Shown: positions 9,115-17,054 of the stretch, one piece after another
Layout of the letters: every line of letters starts with the position of its first letter
Numbering within the stretch: position 1 is the first letter of the stretch
Origin: Bacteroidaceae bacterium
Lineage (GTDB): Bacteria > Spirochaetota > Spirochaetia > Sphaerochaetales > Sphaerochaetaceae
Length of the DNA stretch: 28,878 nucleotides
Direction: 5' to 3'
Assembly (NCBI GenBank): GCA_963628205.1
Contig: CAVGEF010000110.1
Span: 1-28,878, forward strand
Program-made: the position numbers and the translations under genes
The notes under the pieces: generated by a model
The model's input: only the letters and a program-made list of their open reading frames with translations
The model's database searches: none
What the model was told of the DNA's origin: nothing

Positions 9115-9702
9115 ATGAGAGAAAAGGCAAGAAAAATACTGCTTTCAGTGCTTGTGCTGTTTTTAATCCTCACTTCTCTTTGTAGCTGTAAATCGTCTAA
9201 AAAAGACTGTTTTTATGCATATTTTGAGGACACAGCTTTTATATTGGTTTACGACCACAGTGCAAATAAATTGTATGAAGTAGTGTTGCCTTTGGAAGAA
9301 ATCCTTCTTTGGGGGAAAGAAGCCGGCCTTGAATCAATTCCTGTTGCAATGCGAAATTACGTTGGATTAAAAGAAACGGGATTTCTCATTGGAACAAAAG
9401 AGTCTCTTCAAACTTTAAGAGACTTGTTGGACTCAATGGAAAATGACGAAGAAGGCGAAAACTCAGGAGCAAAAAGATTTGAGACTTTTGCACAAAATAT
9501 TGATGTATTGAGCAAAAAACCTTTGTCCGATAATATGAACAAGCTCTGTGGCCAAGATATGACAAAAGCACTTGAAATACTTAAAAACAAAAACCCTGAG
9601 ACTGTATTTTATGATGCACGAGAGCTTTTTTATAATGAAGATTTGAACTTCTCCCAAAGATACTTTGTACAGTGGCTGGGACAGGTTCTTGGAGGATACT
9701 AA
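9115..9702 (+). CDS. Putative lipoprotein, degenerate LytR-CpsA-Psr (LCP)-like (start 9115 or GTG 9097)
   Basis: Basic N-region, hydrophobic core and lipobox-like LCSC; EDTAFILVYDHSANKLYEVVLPLE resembles the LCP segment DT...SIPRD; lies between yqeK and rsfS. Confidence 0.6.
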   Translation: MREKARKILLSVLVLFLILTSLCSCKSSKKDCFYAYFEDTAFILVYDHSANKLYEVVLPLEEILLWGKEAGLESIPVAMRNYVGLKETGFLIGTKESLQTLRDLLDSMENDEEGENSGAKRFETFAQNIDVLSKKPLSDNMNKLCGQDMTKALEILKNKNPETVFYDARELFYNEDLNFSQRYFVQWLGQVLGGY

Positions 9703-10041
9703 ATGAAAGAAGAAATAGAAGCAAAAGCTAAAGCTATAAGTGAATTTTTAACAGACCATAAAGGAATGGAAGTTGTAACTATAGACGTTTCAGAAGAATG
9801 TTCTTGGACAGACTGCTTCGTTATATGCACAGTTTCCAGCCTTGGCCACTTACGTGGTCTTGCAAGAGAACTTTGGGGACTTTTGAATGACCTTGGTCTT
9901 GAAGTTAACAACCGCCACAAATCTGTGGGAGATGACGGATGGGAGCTTATAGATTGCAAAGATATAGTAATTCATTTAATGAGTCAGGAACTTCGCGATT
10001 TTTATTCCCTTGAAAAACTGTGGCAAAAGTTTGGAAAATAA
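9703..10041 (+). CDS. rsfS: Ribosome silencing factor RsfS
   Basis: TDCFVICT, WELIDCKDIVIHLM..ELRDFYSLEKLW; RBS GGAGG. Confidence 0.94.
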   Translation: MKEEIEAKAKAISEFLTDHKGMEVVTIDVSEECSWTDCFVICTVSSLGHLRGLARELWGLLNDLGLEVNNRHKSVGDDGWELIDCKDIVIHLMSQELRDFYSLEKLWQKFGK

Positions 10042-10067
10042 CCAAACTGCATTATTGCACTGTTACA

Positions 10068-10080
10068 GTTTTTCAAAAAC
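10068..10080. repeat. Degenerate palindromic core of the dispersed repeat at a convergent junction
   Basis: GTTTTT-C-AAAAAC; same architecture as 26565-26583. Confidence 0.35.
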
Positions 10081-10083
10081 ATT

Positions 10084-11676
10084 CTAAACGGCTTTTATAA
10101 CACTTCCGCTCCTGCTATATGTAGGAGCGTTTTTGTATACGGCAAAAGTTCCGTTTACCATAACAAAGTCCAAGCCGGTACACATTTCAAAAGGATTGTT
10201 CAAACTTGAATTGTCATGAAGTGTTTTAGGGTCAAAGACAACGATATCGGCCTTGTTGCCCTCTTTAATTATCCCTCTGTTGGAAATGCCAAGCCGGGAT
10301 GCAACTTTGCCTGTCATTTTGGCAATAGTCTCAGGCAAGGTGCCTACCTTGTTTTTAAGGCACATGGTTTCAATTAGGTGGATAGCTGCATTTGCGCTGC
10401 GCGGGTGCGAAAGATTACCTGTGTAAAGAGCATCGGTTCCAAAGAGCATTAGAGGGTCTTTGAATATTTTTCTTAAATTGTCAGTACTTTGAGTTATATC
10501 GGCCATTAAAGCCAGTTCACGCTCTTTGGAAAGCAGTATAAAGAGGGCGTCAAACGGGTCTTTGCCCAGTTTTTTTGCAGTTTCGCTCAAAGTTAGGCCA
10601 TCAAAAGAAGGAGAACTTTCAAGACTTACAATCTTTATATCATCCCACGTACACAGTTTTGCAATACTGTCCCACCCCTGAGGATGAAGAATTTCATCAA
10701 TTACTTTCTTTCTAAGAGAAATATTATCTTCCATTGTTGCCAGAGTTTTTGAAAGCTCATCTTTATCCAGTCTCAACAAAAGCGGTGGCAAAAGACTGAA
10801 AAGGCTCGTACTGCCATACTCGTATGGATATTGATCGAACTTTACGTCAAAGCCCTTATCTTTGAAACGATGTATCTTTTCAAGGACATCATCAACCTTA
10901 CTTTGGTTTGCTCTTCCAATGGCTTTGAGATGAGAAATTTCAAGTTTTACACCTGTTTTTTCAACATAAGTCAAAATTTCATCTATTGAAGAAAGAATTT
11001 CATCGCCTTCGCATCTATGATGAACAGCAAAAATCCCGTTGTTTTTCTTAACTTCTTCTAAAAGTGCTAAAATCTCTTTTTCACTTGCAAAAAGGCACGG
11101 TGCATAATAAAGCCCTGTTGACAACCCAAAACAGCCCTGCTGTATTGAAAGGCTAAGTAGCTCCCTCATTTGGGCTATTTCTTTATCATTTGCAACCCTA
11201 TTTGGATTTCCTTTGATTGCAGACATTCTTAACATACTATGACTTTGCAAGAAGCCCATATTAATTCCGGGAAGACATGGCCCGTCTATACCGGAAGTAT
11301 AAGTTGAAAAATCAGTCCAAGTCCAAGGCTGTGAATAATGACCAAGGATGTCTGCAAAAACTTGTTTATCTTCAAATTTTCTTGGCCATACTCCAATACC
11401 ACAGTTGCCTGACAGGTCAAAAGTAATCCCCTGTTGTGTTTTGTAATTCATAGAAGGGTTTCTTAGAACTTCCAGCTCACTGTGAGCATGAATATCCATA
11501 AACCCCGGGCAGAGAATTTTTCCTTCTACGTCCAATACATCATCTAATACTGCATTGGAAATGTTATCCAAAGAAGTATCAACAAAAGCAATCGAAGTGC
11601 CGTCCACAAGAACATTAGCCTTAAATGGCTCATTTCCCGTGCCGTCAATAACAAGTGCATTCTTAAATAATGTCAT
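10084..11676 (-). CDS. N-acyl-D-amino acid deacylase (D-aminoacylase, amidohydrolase superfamily)
   Basis: IDGTG, PGFMDIHAHSE, GNCGIG, GLSTGLYYAP, EISHLK, DQYPY, GTD, GNKADIVVFDP. Confidence 0.88.
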   Translation of the reverse strand: MTLFKNALVIDGTGNEPFKANVLVDGTSIAFVDTSLDNISNAVLDDVLDVEGKILCPGFMDIHAHSELEVLRNPSMNYKTQQGITFDLSGNCGIGVWPRKFEDKQVFADILGHYSQPWTWTDFSTYTSGIDGPCLPGINMGFLQSHSMLRMSAIKGNPNRVANDKEIAQMRELLSLSIQQGCFGLSTGLYYAPCLFASEKEILALLEEVKKNNGIFAVHHRCEGDEILSSIDEILTYVEKTGVKLEISHLKAIGRANQSKVDDVLEKIHRFKDKGFDVKFDQYPYEYGSTSLFSLLPPLLLRLDKDELSKTLATMEDNISLRKKVIDEILHPQGWDSIAKLCTWDDIKIVSLESSPSFDGLTLSETAKKLGKDPFDALFILLSKERELALMADITQSTDNLRKIFKDPLMLFGTDALYTGNLSHPRSANAAIHLIETMCLKNKVGTLPETIAKMTGKVASRLGISNRGIIKEGNKADIVVFDPKTLHDNSSLNNPFEMCTGLDFVMVNGTFAVYKNAPTYSRSGSVIKAV

Positions 11677-11692
11677 ATTCGTTCTGCTTTTT

Positions 11693-11712
11693 GAGGTTTT
11701 TGCAACAACCTC
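11693..11712. repeat. 20-bp palindromic (collapsed) copy of the dispersed repeat
   Basis: GAGGTTTTTGCAACAACCTC, one mismatch from perfect GAGGTTTTTGCAAAAACCTC; TTTT on both sides. Confidence 0.8.
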
Positions 11713-11725
11713 TTTTATTAAGGGC

Positions 11726-12553
11726 TTACTTTACAAAAGTACCGGAGACAGAGTCCAAAATCATTGAAACCAAGGCCTGACTGTTGCCCCTGATTCTTGA
11801 AGATGCAAGAGCTGCTTTAAGAGTTGCAATTTGCTCTTTTCCAAACAAAGAGGGAGGAAGTTTTGCTTTACAAAGCTCGTTTTCAAGTAAAATAAATGCA
11901 ATTAAAATATTACCTTCATCAAAAGGAGCAATCCTGAGAATTTCTGAAAACAGAAAAGAGGCCCGCGCAACAGGATGCAAAACAGACCACGGCCCAATAT
12001 ATTGCTCAAGCATGGCTTCTGTTTCTTGAGACTGCGTTCCTCCCAAGCTATAACGCCCTGAACTCTTCTCATTTACAGAACTCATAAGCCGCCTGTGTAT
12101 ATCTAAAAGCTTTTTTTCGTTGAAGTCAAAAGGAACAAAAGACAAAACTGAACTTGCATTAAGAACCATGATTTGAGTTTTCAATGACATTTCCTTTTGA
12201 TTGACGAGATTAAAGATTTCTTCAATTTGCTCAACACTAATATCCATACCGTCAAAAGTCATTGCATCATGAATAATTTGAGCTTTTTGATGACTGTTCA
12301 AAGAGGCAGAAACATGGCTTGAACGTAAAGAATCGGCCTTAGAATAATCTTGAGAACCTGTTCTTAGGCTCCTGTTTTTCATATAGCGTAGAGTGCGTCC
12401 GTCGGCAGGTTTTTGAGTGCCCTTTGGTATACTCCAAACCCAATCACCACACCTGGATGCGCCTTCTATCTTGCCATTTGCACAAAGAGATCGTACACGT
12501 CTTTCGCTTATACCCCACTTTTGAGCAGCTTCTTTTGTACTCATGTAATCCAT
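11726..12553 (-). CDS. Excisionase-like HTH fused to a degenerate Fic (Fido) domain
   Basis: RBS AAGGAGA before ATG 12553; YMSTKEAAQKWGISERRVRSLCANGKIEGA..W.IP (HTH); HPVARA...RIAPFDEGNILIAF in place of HPFxDGNGRxxR. Confidence 0.78.
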   Translation of the reverse strand: MDYMSTKEAAQKWGISERRVRSLCANGKIEGASRCGDWVWSIPKGTQKPADGRTLRYMKNRSLRTGSQDYSKADSLRSSHVSASLNSHQKAQIIHDAMTFDGMDISVEQIEEIFNLVNQKEMSLKTQIMVLNASSVLSFVPFDFNEKKLLDIHRRLMSSVNEKSSGRYSLGGTQSQETEAMLEQYIGPWSVLHPVARASFLFSEILRIAPFDEGNILIAFILLENELCKAKLPPSLFGKEQIATLKAALASSRIRGNSQALVSMILDSVSGTFVK

Positions 12554-12581
12554 GTTTTTCTCCTTGATTTCGTTACATGTT

Positions 12582-13409
12582 CTAACGAACAACAAAACGT
12601 TCAATAGCTTCAGCGACGGCACTGTTATTACAATCATTATTTGTTATAAACTTTGCAACAGCTTTTATGTCATCCGGAGCATTTTCAACTGTAACTGAAA
12701 TCCCAACATTTTTGAACATCCCAATGTCATTATAATAATCACCTATAGCCAAAACTTCTTCATTTTTTATCCCGTAATAGCGACATACAGCATTAACAGC
12801 AGTCCCTTTATCTACACCTTTTGGAACAATTTCCAAGTAATAAGGAGAAGAAAGAAAACAATCTACTTCTCTTGTAAATTTTTCAACAATAAGGTCTCTT
12901 AAATTCTTTACTTTGTTTGTATCACTGCTTACACCAAGAAGTTTATTAGGGCTGACTTTTGTAAACAAATCATCTAAATTTGTAACAATGCCGGTTGTGC
13001 CAGTCAAAGTTTCCTCTAAATTCTCAATTTCCTTATGTCCCGGCTCAATGTACCAGTCCTTATGGTAGTAAACAAAACACAAACAGCCGTTTTCTTTTGC
13101 AAGAGCATTTATCTTGAAAGCCAAGGCACCGTCTATGTTATGTTCTTCAATGATTTTACCTTCCCAGTCTTCCATATAGCAACCGCCAAGAGAAGGAATT
13201 ACCCCTTCAATGCCAAGATGTTTCATGTAATTTTTTACAGATGGCACATTACGGCCCGATATTATCGTAAAATGAATGCCTTCTTCATTTACAGCTTTAC
13301 GAACAGCCTCAATATTAGCGAGGGAAAGCTTTTTATCATCATCTACAAGAGTACTATCTACATCACAGCAAATTAGCTTTGTTTTAGGAAAGATTTCTCC
13401 ATGATTCAT
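12582..13409 (-). CDS. Cof-type HAD-IIB hydrolase (start 13409, or TTG 13436)
   Basis: DVDSTL (DxD), ISGR, LEIVPKGVDKG, IGDYYNDIGMF, ENA. Confidence 0.9.
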   Translation of the reverse strand: MNHGEIFPKTKLICCDVDSTLVDDDKKLSLANIEAVRKAVNEEGIHFTIISGRNVPSVKNYMKHLGIEGVIPSLGGCYMEDWEGKIIEEHNIDGALAFKINALAKENGCLCFVYYHKDWYIEPGHKEIENLEETLTGTTGIVTNLDDLFTKVSPNKLLGVSSDTNKVKNLRDLIVEKFTREVDCFLSSPYYLEIVPKGVDKGTAVNAVCRYYGIKNEEVLAIGDYYNDIGMFKNVGISVTVENAPDDIKAVAKFITNNDCNNSAVAEAIERFVVR

Positions 13410-13422
13410 AATCCCAACTCTA

Positions 13423-13447
13423 TAGATTTTTGCCAAACGGCAAAATC
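13423..13447. repeat. Degenerate repeat copy forming a hairpin between divergent genes
   Basis: TAGATTTTTGCCAAA (12/15 to consensus); TTTTGCC-aaac-GGCAAAA stem. Confidence 0.4.
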
Positions 13448-13528
13448 CACTCTACCTAAATAGAAAACTTTTGCAGTATAATTGTCAACAGGCTTGAAGC
13501 AGGGCCTGTCAAAAAGAGAGGGTGAGAT

Positions 13529-14611
13529 ATGAAAAAGTTCTTAAAAATTATATTTTGCATATTGGCTGTAATTCTCATCGCAGTACTAATCTATGTAGCC
13601 TACGTGCTGTTGTCATATCATAGAATTGAAGACAATCTGGAGCTTGAAGTTCAAAACTCACTAAGTGGCAAAATTTCCAGTTCCAAGACAAAAAGGAACA
13701 CACAATATAAGGTACTGTCTTGGAACATAGGTTTTGGAGCATATGAAGATGATTACGATTTTTTCATGGACGGAGGAACACAATCTTGGGCAAAAAGTAA
13801 AGATGACTTGAAAGAAAACATGTCCAAAATTGCAAGTTTTGTAGAAACTTTTGGAGCAGATTTCAATCTCATCCAAGAAGTGGATTTTGATGCCACAAGA
13901 AGTTATCACATTGATGAAAGAAACTATCTCATAGAAGCTCTCCCTCTTCAAAACCACATTTTTGCACAAAATTACGACTCTCCTTTCTTATTTTACCCTT
14001 TCTACCAGCCACATGGGAAATCACAAGCCGGACTTATGACTTTTTCCTCTTTTCAAATTACAAGCGGTTTAAGACGAAGTCTCCCAATTGAAGATTCTCT
14101 CATGAAGCTTCTTGATTTGGACAGGTGTTACAGTGTTGCAAGACTTGAAGTAGAAAACGGGAAAGAACTTGTTTTGTACAATATGCATTTGTCTGCATAC
14201 ACATCTGACGGCACAATTGCCATAGAACAACTGAAAATGCTCTTATCTGACATGCAATCTGAATATGAAAAAGGTAATTATTGCATTGCAGGCGGAGACT
14301 TTAATAAAGACGTTGTAGGAAGAGGAGTTGAAGTCTTTGGAATAGAAAAAAGTGATTTTTCTTGGGCTCAACCTATTCCTTCTTATGTTTTTGACACTAA
14401 TGATATTGTGCTTGTAGCTCCTTTTGACGAAGAAAATCCAATAGCAAGCTGTAGAAATCCAAATGAAGCATATTGGGAAGGTCAATATCAAATTACAGTT
14501 GACGGCTTTCTTGTAAGTCCAAATGTAACTGTACTTGAAAGCAATACCATAGATGAGCGTTTTGAATGCTCGGACCACAACCCTGTTTATATGAAGTTTG
14601 AGCTAAAATGA
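13529..14611 (+). CDS. Membrane-anchored endonuclease/exonuclease/phosphatase (EEP) family protein
   Basis: N-terminal TM helix; SWNIG, IQEVD, NMHL, GGDFN, VDGFLVS, SDHNPV. Confidence 0.88.
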   Translation: MKKFLKIIFCILAVILIAVLIYVAYVLLSYHRIEDNLELEVQNSLSGKISSSKTKRNTQYKVLSWNIGFGAYEDDYDFFMDGGTQSWAKSKDDLKENMSKIASFVETFGADFNLIQEVDFDATRSYHIDERNYLIEALPLQNHIFAQNYDSPFLFYPFYQPHGKSQAGLMTFSSFQITSGLRRSLPIEDSLMKLLDLDRCYSVARLEVENGKELVLYNMHLSAYTSDGTIAIEQLKMLLSDMQSEYEKGNYCIAGGDFNKDVVGRGVEVFGIEKSDFSWAQPIPSYVFDTNDIVLVAPFDEENPIASCRNPNEAYWEGQYQITVDGFLVSPNVTVLESNTIDERFECSDHNPVYMKFELK

Positions 14612-14638
14612 AAAGCTACAAAGAATATTGCTCTTTTG

Positions 14639-14653
14639 AGAGGTTTTTGCAAA
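14639..14653 (+). repeat. Solo end of the dispersed repeat upstream of the two-component operon
   Basis: AGAGGTTTTTGCAAA, 14 consecutive consensus bases. Confidence 0.7.
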
Positions 14654-14697
14654 TGTGAATTTTTGTGTTTTTAATGCAATTATTCTCGTACAGGCAG

Positions 14698-14752
14698 AAA
14701 AAAGGTATTAAAAAGGTACTAATAAAGATAACCAAAAGGGTCCAAAAGGATA
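14698..14752 (+). repeat. Five imperfect direct repeats (AAAG[G/A] core) with 10-12 bp period upstream of the response regulator
   Basis: Cores at 14701, 14712, 14724, 14735, 14745; the last doubles as the RBS. Confidence 0.55.
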
Positions 14753-14755
14753 AAC

Positions 14756-15487
14756 ATGAAGCTGATTTATATTGTTGAAGATCACAGTGTAATAAGAGAA
14801 GGCGTAAGAAGATACTTGGAACTTGCCGGCTATAAAGCCCTTGGGTTTCCCAATTTAGCCACAGCAAGAGAAGCCTTTAGTGTCACAACAGCAGATCTTC
14901 TTATTCAAGATGTAATGCTTCCAGACGGAGACGGATTTGAATTTGTCAAAGAACTTAGAAAAAAGACAAACATTCCGGTTATCTTCATGACAGCTCGTAT
15001 TGCAGAAGAAGACCGCATACACGGTTTTGAACTAGGTGCAGATGACTACATCTCTAAGCCTTTTTCGCCCAAAGAATTAGTTTTAAGAGTGCAGGCTATA
15101 TTCAGGCGCATTGACAATCCTCAAGAAGAAAAAACCATTTCAAAAGTGCAAATTTTCAAAGCAGGAAATTCTACAATGGTATTCAGTGAGCCGGAACACA
15201 AAGTAGAAGTAGACAAAACCTCTTTAGCTCTTACGGCCGCAGAATGGCGTATTCTTACACTTCTAATTGAAAACTCCTCAAGAGTAATTCCAAGAACAGA
15301 GATGCTCCAGAAATGTTTTGATTACTCATATGAAGCATATGAACGAATTGTCGACACCCATATAAAAAATTTACGTGCAAAATTAGGTGACGCACCGTGG
15401 ATAGAAACAGTAAGAGGTTACGGATATAAATTTATAGGCTATCCCTCCACCGGAATTGAAAACAGTACAGACAAAAATAATGCATAA
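14756..15487 (+). CDS. OmpR/PhoB family response regulator
   Basis: Receiver VED, DVMLPDGDG, MTAR, GADDYISKPF; winged helix ERIVDTHIKNLRAKL, IETVRGYGY. Confidence 0.95.
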   Translation: MKLIYIVEDHSVIREGVRRYLELAGYKALGFPNLATAREAFSVTTADLLIQDVMLPDGDGFEFVKELRKKTNIPVIFMTARIAEEDRIHGFELGADDYISKPFSPKELVLRVQAIFRRIDNPQEEKTISKVQIFKAGNSTMVFSEPEHKVEVDKTSLALTAAEWRILTLLIENSSRVIPRTEMLQKCFDYSYEAYERIVDTHIKNLRAKLGDAPWIETVRGYGYKFIGYPSTGIENSTDKNNA

Positions 15488-15511
15488 AAGCAGGAACATA
15501 AGTAATATTAG

Positions 15512-17029
15512 ATGAAAAAAGCATTTTTTAAGTATTTCATTAGCATTTTCTCTATAACAGTTGTAATTCTCTTACTGCAAAGTGCAATTTTGATTGTTCA
15601 ATACTCAATAAGCCAAGAAAATTGGAAAACAACAGCTTTTAACGACTTTGTAACATCGTTGGAAAATACAATAGAAAACGGCCAATTTGAAGATTTTGGA
15701 CTTGGAAGCCTTAGAATTGTAATGTCCTCAGTAAATGACAGCAGGGTATCGGGCTATGTGGTAAGAGATGTAAACGGCAGTACAATGTTTACCTTTGGAA
15801 AGACCGCAGACGGGCGCATATTGGCAACGCTCTTACCTTCCAATCAAAAAAATGCTTCATCAAGTGAAAAAGTCTTAAGCCCATCAAGTCGCAAAAATTC
15901 TGTACGCCTTAATCTTTCAATAGATGAAGACAGCACAGAAGGCTCTTCTGTTAGCGTACAAAAGCAGTCACCTTACAGCATACATCAAACTTTACTTGTA
16001 CTTCCCAACGAAATTAAGGCCGATGACGTTGCAGGCTCAATCACGCTTTCATTTGAAGGCCAAGACCTCTTTATTATAGATTTACTCACCTATTCACCCA
16101 GAACGTATGCATATTCCAAAGATGTTCTCAACTCTTGCCTGCGGGCAATGGTAGTGTCTGTTCCAATATGTCTTGTAATTGCAATTTGCTCCGCATGGAT
16201 TATAAGCTCACGGAATATCAAATTTATTGACAGTGTACGAAATGCTCTCAAAAAGCTTGCAAAAGGAGAAAGCAACGTCAAAATCCAGAAAAACAAAAAC
16301 AGCGAGCTCAACGAAATATCAATTGCAATCGAAGACCTGGACAAAGAGCTTTTACAAAATGCAATAAGCAGGCGTGCTTGGCTCAGCAGTATTTCTCACG
16401 ACTTAAACACCCCGGCAACAGCAATTAAAATGATAGTCGACGGCATTGGAGACGGTATTTTCCCACTGGATGAAAGCTCAATTGACCAACTTAGAATTGA
16501 GACTAATGTCCTGAACGAGCGAATAGGAAAAGTTATAGATTTTTCTTCCTTACAAGCCTCAGAAACACCTGTTTTTGAAAATACTTCCGTAAGAAGTCTT
16601 GAGAACAATATTAAAAACAGCCTCCCTTATTTGAGAGATGGCTCCAAGACTGTCACATTTGAGAGCGAATGTGATGAAATTATATGCGACAATCTTCTCA
16701 TCTCCAAAGCGTGTACAGAATTAATAAAGAATGCTTTTGAATATGGAACAAATGCCTCTGACGTTGTTCTTCATATTGGAAAAACATCTGACGAAGATTT
16801 CTTTATCTATGTTGAAAACTCCGGAACTCTTTCAAAAGAAATTGAAGGAGAAAGTTTCCTGGAGCCTTGGATAAAAGGAGACTGGTCAAGAACAGCACAT
16901 TCCGGCTCAGGACTGGGACTTCCAATTGTATGCACTGTTGCAAGACTTCATAAAGGAACTGTAACACTTTCCAATATGGAAAATGAAAAAGTAAGAGCTA
17001 CAATTTCTTGGACTGTTAAAAAGAGCTGA
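15512..17029 (+). CDS. Sensor histidine kinase (2 TM, periplasmic domain, HAMP, HisKA, HATPase)
   Basis: ISHDLNTP H-box, ELIKNAFEY N-box, GSGLGLPIV G2 box. Confidence 0.92.
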   Translation: MKKAFFKYFISIFSITVVILLLQSAILIVQYSISQENWKTTAFNDFVTSLENTIENGQFEDFGLGSLRIVMSSVNDSRVSGYVVRDVNGSTMFTFGKTADGRILATLLPSNQKNASSSEKVLSPSSRKNSVRLNLSIDEDSTEGSSVSVQKQSPYSIHQTLLVLPNEIKADDVAGSITLSFEGQDLFIIDLLTYSPRTYAYSKDVLNSCLRAMVVSVPICLVIAICSAWIISSRNIKFIDSVRNALKKLAKGESNVKIQKNKNSELNEISIAIEDLDKELLQNAISRRAWLSSISHDLNTPATAIKMIVDGIGDGIFPLDESSIDQLRIETNVLNERIGKVIDFSSLQASETPVFENTSVRSLENNIKNSLPYLRDGSKTVTFESECDEIICDNLLISKACTELIKNAFEYGTNASDVVLHIGKTSDEDFFIYVENSGTLSKEIEGESFLEPWIKGDWSRTAHSGSGLGLPIVCTVARLHKGTVTLSNMENEKVRATISWTVKKS

Positions 17030-17054
17030 ATAAGAGTTTCAAAATCCTCCATGA

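Noticed and set aside
13488..13509. ACAGGC/GCCTGT hairpin upstream of the EEP gene as a riboswitch or terminator
   Set aside because: Only a 6-bp stem, no U-tract on the coding strand and no recognisable aptamer.
11726..14611. Fic + HAD + EEP genes as an anti-phage or toxin-antitoxin module
   Set aside because: The genes are partly divergent, the EEP protein is membrane-anchored, the Fic motif appears inactive, and there is no antitoxin, mobility gene or evident compositional shift.
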